Shown here: piece after piece, positions 50,990 through 60,524 of the stretch
Position numbering within the stretch: the stretch's first letter is position 1
How the letters are laid out: every line of letters starts with the position of its first letter
From: an uncultured Acidimicrobiia bacterium
GTDB taxonomy: Bacteria > Acidobacteriota > Terriglobia > Versatilivoradales > Versatilivoraceae
DNA: 64,000 nt
Assembly (NCBI GenBank): GCA_963786955.1
Contig: CAWBAT010000003.1
Span: 299,654-363,653 of the forward strand
Reading direction: 5' to 3'
Made by a program: the position numbers and the translations under genes
Notes under the pieces: generated by a model
The model's input: the letters and a program-made list of their open reading frames with translations, nothing else
Database searches by the model: none
What the model was told of the DNA's origin: nothing

Positions 50990-53900
50990 TCAAAAACTAT
51001 ACTTCAACCCAAACTGAATCTGACGCGCTGGATTGGATCCGTAAATGCGACCAAAATTCGGCGAGTCGAAATTGGTGTCTGGGTCGTAGAGGTTGACATT
51101 GTTGAACGCGTTAAAGAACTCCGCTCGAAACTGGATACGATGGCGCTCCTTGATGGTGAAGTTCTTAAAAAGCCCTAGCGTCCAGTACTGGTATCCAGGA
51201 CCGATGATGATGTTCCTCCCGGCATTCCCGAAAGTATAAGGAGCTGGCTCGGAAAAAACTGATGTGTCAAACCAGCGATCCGCCGTGGGATTACTAATAT
51301 TGGGATTCCCATTCACATTCGGCCGCTGGGTGACATTACGTGCGCCGATGTTGGCGATATCCCGGTAGGTGAATACCCCAACCGGCGCCCCGGAACCGGC
51401 TGTCACGATTCCGTTGAACTGCCAGCCGCCCAGGATTTGGTTGGTACCTGCTTTCATGTCTGTGCCGAATTTCTTGCCCTTTCCGACTGGAAGTTCGTAG
51501 ACGAAGCTCATGGCAAAGATGTTCTTGTGGTGGAAATACGATAGCGCTCGGTCGCACTCGATACAGGCAGGATCCTGTGGCGAGCTGCTCAGCGAGAACC
51601 CGTCTCCTCCCGTATCGATATTGCGGCTGAAGGTGTAGGTGCCCATGAAAGCCAACCCATCCGAAAAGCGCTTTTCCGCCTTCAACTGCAATCCGTTGTA
51701 AATGGAGCTGGCAATGTCTGTCATCAAGCTGGTCGCTCCCAGATTGGTAAACGGCCGGCGTGACTGGACATCTCCCGGTCCCGGAGGCGCCGTGTTGGCA
51801 TTGGCAAAAACCGAGGCTTTGGAACCCTTGGTGCCGACATATCCGGCTTCCAAAATGATATTCCCGGCAACCTGTCTCTGCACATGGACGTTCCACTGCT
51901 GCATATAACTCACCCGGCGATTGCGGTCCGCAATGTGCTGGGCATCCGGTGGGACATTTGTGCCAGGGCCCGTCGAGATGTCCGATGAGAAGGTTGTCTT
52001 CAAAGGGGAATTGATGACTGTTTGATTTAAGTTAGTCAGGGCCTCACTGATGGCGAACGGCCAGTTCCCGCGAATCCCCTGAGCTTCCCACAGGAAGTTG
52101 GTGTTGTAAAACTTTCCGTAGCCGGCTCGAATCGTCGTCTTGGGGTTCAAGAGATAAGATACCCCGAAGCGAGGAGCCCAGTTGTTCTTATCCGGAGAAA
52201 TGACCGTGGGGAAAGTGTTCGGTGGCTCTGCGGTGATGGGGTTGGTAGCTGCCCAGATGTAGTTTCCGGTATCGAGGTCGAAAGAACCCAACCGGTTGTC
52301 CCGATCTCGAGGCCACTGGGTATAGTCATAGCGCAACCCCACGTTCAACGTCAGCTTGGAATTCAGATGGATGTCATCTTGGACGTAAAAGTAATATCCA
52401 CTCCAGCGCATTCGAGCGACTGTGTTCCCGACGTTTCGGTCAGCAAAACCAGGCAGTCCCAGCAGATAGGCAGCCAGGGCCTGTCCAGTCCCAGCTGCAT
52501 TCTGTGGGTCCGTCGTAGGCTCTTTAGTGAAAAGCATACCGGCCGCGAACAAGTTGTCATCCATGTTGCGGCGGTTCTGATAGTCCATCCCGAATTTCAA
52601 AAAGTGCTTACCCTTCGCTTTGCTCATGTTGGCCAGAATCTGGTAGGTATCGTCAGAAAACGCGCCACCGCTTTGGGCAGGAGGCGTATACCCGTCTATG
52701 TTGAAGTATGGGTAAAGCGGGACATTGGCGTCCTTAACAGGAATGCCTTGAATTCCTGTTGACTGCAACCAACCTTCCAGGGTGGCCAGATCGCTTGGAC
52801 ACGTGGTGAAAGAAGGCGTGTTATTCCGGTGATAAGCCAGCTTCACGTCAAGAATCGTGGTTGGATTGAACAGGTAAGTGTCACTGATCATGAAGTTTCT
52901 AAAGCCGTTGGTCAGCTTGTTGGTTGGTACGAGCGCTGTTGGTTGCGACTGGTCAGATTGAGAATAGGAGAAGCGGCTAAAGAAGTTGTTTTTGTCGCTG
53001 AACTTGTGGTCAATGCGAACCGTGAACTGATTAGTATCCAGCGAAATAGAGCGTGTGTTGATGAGGTTAAATGCCTGGCCAGGAAGATTAGGCGCCGGAT
53101 AGAAGAGGGGGTAATAAGACTTGATGATCGGATCAATCCGGTTGGCCGGAATGATGTTTCCAGGAAAAGGATCCCTGATGAAGCCACCTTTCCCATCAGG
53201 GCGGGTTGTGGCGGGGTCGAATATCGGCACCGCCGGCTTCCCGGTGTGGTCAAAAGCCAGATTTCCGCTAAACATTTCGGGGGTTGGGATGACTCCGAAC
53301 AGAGTGGACGCTCTTCGGTAGCGGAATCCCTCGTAGTTCACGAAATAAAAGGTCCTATTCTTGATTACAGGGCCGCCAACCTGCCCTCCAAACTGGTTCT
53401 GCCTGAAAGTCGGTTTTGTGGGTGCGAAGGCATCCCGAGCGTCAAACACGTTATTGCGCAGAAATTCAAAAATCCCACCGTGGATCGCATTGGTTCCAGA
53501 CTTCGTCGCCACATTGATGTTGGCGCCGGCAGCCGAACCGAATTCAGCCGAAGTGATGTTGGTTTGGATCTTGATTTCTTGAATGGCGTCAATTGAGGGC
53601 TGAACCGCAAAGGCTTTGAAAAAGGTCTCGTTGTTGTTGACACCATCGAGGGTATAGTTGTTATCTTCGGCACGGGCGCCGCTGATGGCTACACGGCTGC
53701 CGCTGGTCTGCAAGATCGCACCGGGTTGGCGAACGGCGCCAGGAATAAGATAAGTCAGATCCGTGAAACTCCGGCCATTAAGGGGCAATTCCACCACCTG
53801 CTTGTTCTCAACGACCGTAGCTACGGTTGAAGTCTCGCTCTGGAGTAAAGGGGCTCCCGCCTGAACTTCAACTGTCTGACTTAACTCTCCAATTTCCAGA

Positions 53901-54226
53901 GTCATGTCAACCCGGCACGTCTGGTTGACATTGAGTTTATTTGCCGCACTCACGGCCTTTTTGAATCCTTCGAGTTCAGCGGTGATCGTGTATGGTCCGG
54001 GCAGAAGCGATGGAACAAAGTAATTTCCGTTCGCACCCGTGTTGACTTTCCGGCTTAGGCCGGTATTGTCATTCGTCACAGTGATGGTTGCGCCCGGCAC
54101 AGTTGCTCCGGAAGGATCCTTCAGAACACCCGTGATGGTTCCGAAGGACGTCTGGGCAACCAGCAGCGCCGCAGCCAGTAGGATAAGCACAAGGGCTAAT
54201 GCTATCTTGCTACTTACCTTCTTCAT
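50990..54226 (-). CDS. TonB-dependent receptor with carboxypeptidase-regulatory-like N-terminal domain (Oar-like), 1078 aa
   Basis: Signal peptide; G...DPSGA.VPGA, LPLNGR, NQFGG..GGP, NNWAPRFG and FRAEFFN motifs; ends RQIQFGLKYSF. Confidence 0.93.
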   Translation of the reverse strand: MKKVSSKIALALVLILLAAALLVAQTSFGTITGVLKDPSGATVPGATITVTNDNTGLSRKVNTGANGNYFVPSLLPGPYTITAELEGFKKAVSAANKLNVNQTCRVDMTLEIGELSQTVEVQAGAPLLQSETSTVATVVENKQVVELPLNGRSFTDLTYLIPGAVRQPGAILQTSGSRVAISGARAEDNNYTLDGVNNNETFFKAFAVQPSIDAIQEIKIQTNITSAEFGSAAGANINVATKSGTNAIHGGIFEFLRNNVFDARDAFAPTKPTFRQNQFGGQVGGPVIKNRTFYFVNYEGFRYRRASTLFGVIPTPEMFSGNLAFDHTGKPAVPIFDPATTRPDGKGGFIRDPFPGNIIPANRIDPIIKSYYPLFYPAPNLPGQAFNLINTRSISLDTNQFTVRIDHKFSDKNNFFSRFSYSQSDQSQPTALVPTNKLTNGFRNFMISDTYLFNPTTILDVKLAYHRNNTPSFTTCPSDLATLEGWLQSTGIQGIPVKDANVPLYPYFNIDGYTPPAQSGGAFSDDTYQILANMSKAKGKHFLKFGMDYQNRRNMDDNLFAAGMLFTKEPTTDPQNAAGTGQALAAYLLGLPGFADRNVGNTVARMRWSGYYFYVQDDIHLNSKLTLNVGLRYDYTQWPRDRDNRLGSFDLDTGNYIWAATNPITAEPPNTFPTVISPDKNNWAPRFGVSYLLNPKTTIRAGYGKFYNTNFLWEAQGIRGNWPFAISEALTNLNQTVINSPLKTTFSSDISTGPGTNVPPDAQHIADRNRRVSYMQQWNVHVQRQVAGNIILEAGYVGTKGSKASVFANANTAPPGPGDVQSRRPFTNLGATSLMTDIASSIYNGLQLKAEKRFSDGLAFMGTYTFSRNIDTGGDGFSLSSSPQDPACIECDRALSYFHHKNIFAMSFVYELPVGKGKKFGTDMKAGTNQILGGWQFNGIVTAGSGAPVGVFTYRDIANIGARNVTQRPNVNGNPNISNPTADRWFDTSVFSEPAPYTFGNAGRNIIIGPGYQYWTLGLFKNFTIKERHRIQFRAEFFNAFNNVNLYDPDTNFDSPNFGRIYGSNPARQIQFGLKYSF

Positions 54227-54354
54227 TCCGTCTTTTTCTCTTATTCATTTATCCCGAATTTTGAAGCTCGGCCGGGGTGATTTCCAATAATTTGTCGATT
54301 CCCTTATAGATTCAGCTTCCTGGCGACGATTCCGAGTCAAAATCAATCCCATTG

Positions 54355-54550
54355 GCCTCTCGATGAATCGAGGGGGTAGTGGGTAAAAAAAGAGGTGGTA
54401 ACCGTTTTAACGGTTTCATCTCAATGGAGTCCTGATCCCAGCAGCGTGAGAACGAACGGACGGATAGTGGAAAGCCCTCCTTCAGACAAAACCGTTAAAA
54501 CGGTTAGTCTTCAATAAAGGGTTTAAGTTGCCCCTCGATGAATCGAGGGG
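54355..54550. repeat. BIME-like palindrome set upstream of the receptor gene
   Basis: CTCGATGAATCGAGGGG twice, enclosing two AACCGTT..AACGGTT palindromes. Confidence 0.7.
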
Positions 54551-54885
54551 TCAACGAAAGAGCGGGCGCGTGGGATCACTGTCCCCCGGCACACGCTTGC
54601 AAGGCCGTGCCCCAACTTGACTGGAGTGTCTTTGCAGAGCTCAGCCCCCCATAAGACTTTGCAAAGCGAGAACAAATGTCTCAATTCACCCCACAAAACT
54701 CCCCAACATCTAACCGGGAGAGAATGGCAAACGGTCCGTCAGTCCAGTGATTTTGGCCGGATCAATTTGGAGACAACTATAACACCACGCGGAGGAATTA
54801 GACAGCCATGTTTGTTTATTCAGGGCGTGGGCATTTACTTTGCAGAAAGCCCGCGGCCAACACAACCGGCCCGATGGTCGTGCCA

Positions 54886-54952
54886 TCCCAAAGTCCAATG
54901 GATGACCTGTTTGCCGGTATCGAGACGAGCGAGTCGACCGACGCCATCCGAG
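54886..54952 (+). repeat. Diverged copy of the PIG-L gene 3' end
   Basis: TGGATGACCTGTTTGC.GGTATCGAGACGA is shared with about 37946-37975 (peptide DDLFAGIET). Confidence 0.8.
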
Positions 54953-54984
54953 GCCGGTTACAACTTAGCAACAGGCCGCAAGAT

Positions 54985-55698
54985 TTATGGATTAGTAACG
55001 TGCATGAAGAAATTGAAATTATAGTAACCTAATACTGTCCAGGGTCTTTGTACACTAACTACGCCAGTTGTCATCAGCCTGCCGACACCCGAACCACTAG
55101 GCACGATTGTCCAGTCATAACACACGCCGCTGTTGTTGAAAAGGTTGCAGGTGATATTTGCACCATCCGTTGGGGGCATATCGCCACCAGCATTATCCAT
55201 CCAAATTCGATAATTGATGCCGTTGGAGTCTTTGAAACCTAAATATAGTCCACAGTTGATAATCGATGGTGGATTTGTTGGTATGGTCAACAGGTTAGGA
55301 GTGTTAGGATCGCCATCATCGCAAAGGGTCCAGACTAAACCCGAAAAAACTCCTTTTCCGCCAGTAAGACCAGGAATGGTAGGGATTGAACTCCCTGACA
55401 CAGGGTGGTTAAAATCAAAGCCTAACTTTCTCGGATTTTTCGAAGGGGCGTAATCGGTAATTAAGTGCCAATCACCCCCTGGCGAGATCAAGAGGGATTG
55501 CAGGGATTTGGAGTTATTGTACACCTTACTACCACTACTACTAATATCGCTCTGTATTTGGTAACTAGGATCCGTGAAAATTCCCCCGCCTTCTATTACC
55601 GCTGTAACCGGTATGGTTTGAGTCTTTTGTGCTGCAGCTGTCATGAGCATAGCTGTGCACAGCAATAAGCCAGCCAGCACTATTTTTGTTTTAGACAT
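54985..55698 (-). CDS. Secreted hypothetical protein, 237 aa
   Basis: AAGGAG RBS, signal peptide, four Cys in the mature part, more AT-rich than its neighbours. Confidence 0.75.
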   Translation of the reverse strand: MSKTKIVLAGLLLCTAMLMTAAAQKTQTIPVTAVIEGGGIFTDPSYQIQSDISSSGSKVYNNSKSLQSLLISPGGDWHLITDYAPSKNPRKLGFDFNHPVSGSSIPTIPGLTGGKGVFSGLVWTLCDDGDPNTPNLLTIPTNPPSIINCGLYLGFKDSNGINYRIWMDNAGGDMPPTDGANITCNLFNNSGVCYDWTIVPSGSGVGRLMTTGVVSVQRPWTVLGYYNFNFFMHVTNP

Positions 55699-55844
55699 GT
55701 GGGTTTCTCCTTAATGTATATCAAGTGGGATGTGCGAATCTGGGCTACGATTCGATTTTCTTAAAAACACTGAACAATTTGATTTTCAAGCGGGGCTACC
55801 GCTTACTCGTTATTCAAAGACTTGTATGCTTGTTCGACGCTATG

Positions 55845-56118
55845 TTTCTTTTTTCGATCCCACTGTAGTTGGAATGGATGTGAAGTGCTTGAAGGAGAGG
55901 TTAAGAATATGTGGGGTTTATGTGGAGTTTGTATCCTACGCCGCCAACGGTGAGGATGTATTGAGGGAGATCCGGTTCCGTCTTGATCTTCTTGCGTAGA
56001 ATGGGCACGTGCGGATAGACGGTGGAAGCGCTTTTCTGCGTAAACGCTGTCACTCATCGTGGCTAAATGCTTGCTGGGTGTAGAAAGGTAGCTAACTGTT
56101 CGCAGCGTAGAGGTCCCC
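55845..56118 (-). repeat. Degenerate copy of the response-regulator 3' end plus promoter, copy 2
   Basis: Homologous to 58800-58985; lies ~150 bp upstream of the 237-aa gene. Confidence 0.85.
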
Positions 56119-56224
56119 CTGAAGCATTCTCAATGCTTCAGCCTCTCCCCCGTTGGGGCGAGGGGAGCCGAAAAGGCTTGCTGGCGCCAGATATGTGCTA
56201 GACATTTGGGATCTAAGAACTCGA

Positions 56225-56386
56225 TGGAGGGCGGAGCTCTGCGACGCCGTGACGGCAGAGGGCACAAAGAATTCGGTCTCGCAGGAGCTCGACCCTCCAT
56301 CAAAATGAGCATGCCTGGAGGGCGGAGTTCCACGACGCCGTGACGCCTAGATGACACAAAGCCCGGCCTCGCGGAGCTCGTCACTC
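56225..56386. repeat. Two tandem REP units
   Basis: tggagggcggag.tc..cgacgccgtgac...ctcgc..gagctcg occurs twice. Confidence 0.7.
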
Positions 56387-56688
56387 AAATATAAGTGAGA
56401 CGGAATATCAAAGGCGGAGCCCGGAAGAAACCCTCAGCTTGTCAGAATAGTTAGTGACAGCCTGCTCCATGAGTAATGCCTCAGTTACGGATGGTGGAAC
56501 TAGCGCTCCGTCGCGCGTTCATCGAGCGTGCGTGGGAGCGCCTCCGCTCCACCCTGGGCTAAGAATTCTCCGCCCCCGTCCGGGGGCTACATTCAAGCTA
56601 TCTTGTCTCGGGTAGGCGACGAAAATGAAGCAGAAAATGTACAAACTCCAGAGAGCGGAGCCAGGGCGCCGCTCTCCAAAGGTCAAAA

Positions 56689-58794
56689 CTATCGCCCGGC
56701 AAGCTCGGTTTTGGCCTTAGGCAGAAAATGTTCCATCACCCAGATACGAGCATCACCGGAACTTGTTTGGAAGGCGATGTGTTGAGCGTCGAAACTGGCA
56801 AATGGGATAGCCAAGGCTTTGGCATCTTCCAAGAATACCTCCTCTGCCCCGGTTTCAATAGAGCACCGGTAAAGCCGTTGGTCGTTTCCTCCTTTCTTAT
56901 AGAAGATGTGCCGGGAATCATAGTCCCATGTGATGTGAAAAAAACTAACTGCCGTTTTAATCACTCTCTCGTTTTCATCACTCAACACGCGGAGCACAAG
57001 ATCGTATGTAAAGTCTTCTCCTGGTGCAGAGTTAGTTTGCACTGGAATAATCAAATATTTGCCATCAGGTGACACCTTGGAAGGAGCTACCTTCATTGGA
57101 ACCGGCATGAAATCTATTTTTTCAGTTTCAACGTTAACTTTCGCTAAAGAGATCGCTTGTGTTTCCTTATAGCTTATCGAAGCATAGACGTACTGGCCAT
57201 CGGCGGACCAACCAGCAACGACAATAAAACCCTGCCCAGTCAAGGGGGTTAAGCTCTTGAGGACCGTACCCGTTTCAGCCGAAATGATAAGAATCTTGAG
57301 CTGGAACTTGGGATTTCGGACGGTAAGTGCTATTTTGCTTCCATCGGGAGAGAAAGCAGGGATCGACAGACCTACTGTCCGGAATTCCGGGGTCAAGGAG
57401 ACTTCCTTCAGGACCTTGCCCTCAAGGCTCGCGATGCGTAGCATCACCCGCTGGTCATTATATCTTCCAGCGACATAGGCCAGACTCTTTCCATTAGGAG
57501 CGAAACTCGGAGATGCATTGGATCTAGTCTTTATCCTGGTAAGGATTCTGGCACCTCTGACACTCTTTTTGTCATCCCTCTCTCGGATTGCAATATCCTG
57601 TCCCCCGGTTTCCTCACCATAGAAGAGCTTTCCGTCATCGGTGATGCCTCGCAGAGACGTGGTCTCGCCGATGTTAGGCTTAATGAGGATCGGATCGCCA
57701 GCCGGCTGGACTCCTTTGATGGGTAGAGCGAGCAAGTCCCAATCTCCTGATCGATTACTTCGGAACAAGAGAAAACGGCCATCGCGAGTCCACAAAGGTG
57801 AGTCATTCTCGCCCGGTGAGTCCACGAAAACTCTTTCCTGGAGTCCGTCAGATGACATCAGGTAAATTCTTCGGTCGCCATCCTTGGTCGAGTCGTAGGC
57901 AATAAATCGCCCATCCGGAGAATACTGTGCTCGCCGCGGGACCTCCCAGTTCAGCGTAGCCAGCCGCTGCATCTTTTTGTCTCTTGTGTCGACCGTGACC
58001 AGGGAGACGGAACGGTCCTCAGCTCCCAGCGCGGCAAGGATCTTGTCTCCATCTGGACTCCAGTCAAAAAGGTAAAGATTTGTTTTGCATTCATAAAGGA
58101 CTTCTCGGTTCCCTCCCAGGAGCGAATCAACACCGATTCGCGCTACAGTTTGACCATTGGCCCAGGAGTCGTTTACGTAAGCCACTCTTTTTTCGTCAGG
58201 GGAGAGCACAGGGCCGTTAAATCCCTCCTCTGATTTGGACGAATGAAAGGCGCTGTACAAAGCTTGAGTTTTCCCGGTCGAAAAGTTTTTCACGACCAGA
58301 TCGCCTATCATCCAGTCCGTGTAGACGAAGGTCTGCCCGTCGCGTGTGGTGACGAATCCGTTGGGGTCTATCGTTGGATCGGAGATCTTATCAGCATGGA
58401 ACTCACTACTGCGCGAAATCTCGCGAACCGTGACGATTTGCCCCGCCTGATGGCCCGGGTCCAAGGAAGCTAAGCGTTGTCGCGCGACGCGCACCGCCTC
58501 TTGTTGGGACGGATATTTGTCGACCACGGTTTGATAAGCTTTTCGGGCTTCCTGATTCGCCAGCTTCTCATAGCACATTCCCACATGCAGTTGAGCTTGA
58601 GCAGCCAATGCCTCGTCACTCGCTGCTTCTGTTACTACCTTTTGGTAAAGTGCAACGGCTTCCTTTAGTTTCCCGTTGGCCTCTTCCAGAAGCAGTGCCT
58701 TCTCGAAATCGAGTTTGGCGTTGGAGGAACCGGCGTGCAGGCAGAGAACTGTCAACAGCAACACAGCGCCTGTGATCAAAAGTCTTGTTTTCAT
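56689..58794 (-). CDS. Secreted TPR plus TolB-like/PD40 beta-propeller protein
   Basis: Signal peptide, TPR-like helices (AQAQLHVGMCYEKL), repeated WSPDG/YSPDG/FSPDG motifs. Confidence 0.88.
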   Translation of the reverse strand: MKTRLLITGAVLLLTVLCLHAGSSNAKLDFEKALLLEEANGKLKEAVALYQKVVTEAASDEALAAQAQLHVGMCYEKLANQEARKAYQTVVDKYPSQQEAVRVARQRLASLDPGHQAGQIVTVREISRSSEFHADKISDPTIDPNGFVTTRDGQTFVYTDWMIGDLVVKNFSTGKTQALYSAFHSSKSEEGFNGPVLSPDEKRVAYVNDSWANGQTVARIGVDSLLGGNREVLYECKTNLYLFDWSPDGDKILAALGAEDRSVSLVTVDTRDKKMQRLATLNWEVPRRAQYSPDGRFIAYDSTKDGDRRIYLMSSDGLQERVFVDSPGENDSPLWTRDGRFLLFRSNRSGDWDLLALPIKGVQPAGDPILIKPNIGETTSLRGITDDGKLFYGEETGGQDIAIRERDDKKSVRGARILTRIKTRSNASPSFAPNGKSLAYVAGRYNDQRVMLRIASLEGKVLKEVSLTPEFRTVGLSIPAFSPDGSKIALTVRNPKFQLKILIISAETGTVLKSLTPLTGQGFIVVAGWSADGQYVYASISYKETQAISLAKVNVETEKIDFMPVPMKVAPSKVSPDGKYLIIPVQTNSAPGEDFTYDLVLRVLSDENERVIKTAVSFFHITWDYDSRHIFYKKGGNDQRLYRCSIETGAEEVFLEDAKALAIPFASFDAQHIAFQTSSGDARIWVMEHFLPKAKTELAGR

Positions 58795-58816
58795 GATGTG
58801 ATTCCTCTTACTCAAC

Positions 58817-58866
58817 CCCACTGTAGTCATAGTCGCTGTGAAGTGCATGAAGGAGAGGTTAAGAAT
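58817..58866 (-). promoter_or_regulatory. Putative OmpR-family-regulated promoter, copy 1
   Basis: TTAAC-N6-TTCAT-gcac-TTCACA-N11-TACAGT, conserved in three copies. Confidence 0.55.
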
Positions 58867-59569
58867 GCGTGGGATTCTCGTTAAGCTTATACCCCACCCC
58901 CCGGACAGTAAGGATGTATTGAGGGCGATCTGGTTCCGTCTCGATCTTCTTGCGTAACGTAGCTACATGCGAATCGACTGTGCGATGAGTGACGTAAACC
59001 TCCTCTCCCCAGACGCTATTCAGAATTTGGTCACGGGAGATCACTTCGCCAGGGTGCTTGAACAGCAGTTCCAGGAGCTGAAATTCTTTGTGTGTCAGCT
59101 CGACCCGTTCTTTTCCTTTCAATACTTCATGCTTCTTTAGGTCGACCCGCAGTTCGCCAAGCCGGAGACAATCTGAGCTTCCTTCCTCGGCAAGATTTGC
59201 CTTTTCAGAGCGGCGTAAGACCGCACGGATACGGGCCGTAAGCTCGGCCAGGCTGAACGGCTTCATCACATAGTCGTCCGCTCCGAGATCCAGACCCTTC
59301 ACTTTATCTGCCTCCTGAGTGCGTGCCGTCAGCATGATGATAGGCGTAGTAACTCCTCTTCTTCGAACCTCGCTACAAATTTCAAACCCGTTCTTGCCAG
59401 GCAGCATCAGGTCCAAAACCACTAAGTCGGGTTGGTCGTGAAGGATTGATTCCAGCCCCGTCACACCGTTTTCAACCAGCTTGACCTCATAGCCTTCGAA
59501 CTCCAGCTCATCTTTCACAGCCATGCTGATGCCGGGTTCATCCTCAATGAGAAGTATTTTCATTTTCAT
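58859..59569 (-). CDS. OmpR/PhoB-family response regulator
   Basis: LLIEDE, VLDLMLP, GADDYVMKPF, RTVDSHVATLRKK and TVRGVGYK motifs. Confidence 0.94.
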   Translation of the reverse strand: MKMKILLIEDEPGISMAVKDELEFEGYEVKLVENGVTGLESILHDQPDLVVLDLMLPGKNGFEICSEVRRRGVTTPIIMLTARTQEADKVKGLDLGADDYVMKPFSLAELTARIRAVLRRSEKANLAEEGSSDCLRLGELRVDLKKHEVLKGKERVELTHKEFQLLELLFKHPGEVISRDQILNSVWGEEVYVTHRTVDSHVATLRKKIETEPDRPQYILTVRGVGYKLNENPTHS

Positions 59570-59605
59570 GGGTTTTTTTAATAGCAAAGGAGAAGGGGTG
59601 AAATG

Positions 59606-60366
59606 AGAGAACTGCCCACGATTACCGCACAAGACGCGTTAATAGTGGTGACCAAACTACCAAACCGGGACATCCCCCTGCACCCCCTTCAAAGGGGGAA
59701 TTTTGAAACCAGCCACTAGAGAACTGCCCACGATTACCGCACAAGAGGCGTTAATCGTGGTGACCGAACTACCAAACCGGGACATCCCCCTGCACCCCCT
59801 TCAAAGGGGGAATTTTGAAACCAGCCACTAGAGAACTGCCCACGATTACCGCACGAGACGCGTTAATCGTGGTGACCAAACTACCAAACCGGGACATCCC
59901 CCTGCACCCCCTTCAAAGGGGGAATTTTGAAGCCAGCCACTAGAGAACTGCCCACGATTACCGCACAAGACGCGTTAATCGTGGCTACCACACTACGAAA
60001 CCGGGACATCCCCCTGCACCCCCTTCAAAGGGGGAATTTTGAAGCCAGCCACTAGAGAACTGCCCACGATTACCGCACAAGACGCGTTAATCGTGGCTAC
60101 CATACTATGAAACAGGGACATCCCCCTGCACCCCCTTCAAAGGGGGAGAGAGTGGAGCATTGTTCATGAACCGCCCACGTACCGCACTAGACGCGTTACG
60201 TGCTGACCGACTACGACATCCCCCGCACCCCCTCAAAGGCGGGAATTATTGAATCGCCACTAGCGAGCCTGGATTACCGCACAAGCTACGCGTTAATTGT
60301 GGTACCGATCCAACCGGGACATCCCCCTGCACCCCCTTCAAAGGGGGAATTTTGAAGCCAGCCACT
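59606..60366. repeat. Tandem array of 112-bp units (four complete, a partial fifth, about two degenerate)
   Basis: Units start at 59606, 59718, 59830, 59942 and 60054; each contains the palindrome CCCCCTTCAAAGGGGG. Confidence 0.93.
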
Positions 60367-60524
60367 TTGGAACGCACCTAAGCCCACTAGTCTCCGATTG
60401 ACCAACTATTAAAGCCGCAGACCTTTTACATCCCCTACCGCAATGCGGCACCCCCTTCAAAGGGGGACTGCGGGTCTGTGCCAGCAATTTTTTACGTTCA
60501 TTCGCGTTTATTCGCGGCTAGAGT

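Noticed and set aside
59606-60366. Possible CRISPR array
   Set aside because: The units are near-identical over the whole 112 bp, with no unique spacers, and no cas genes are present.
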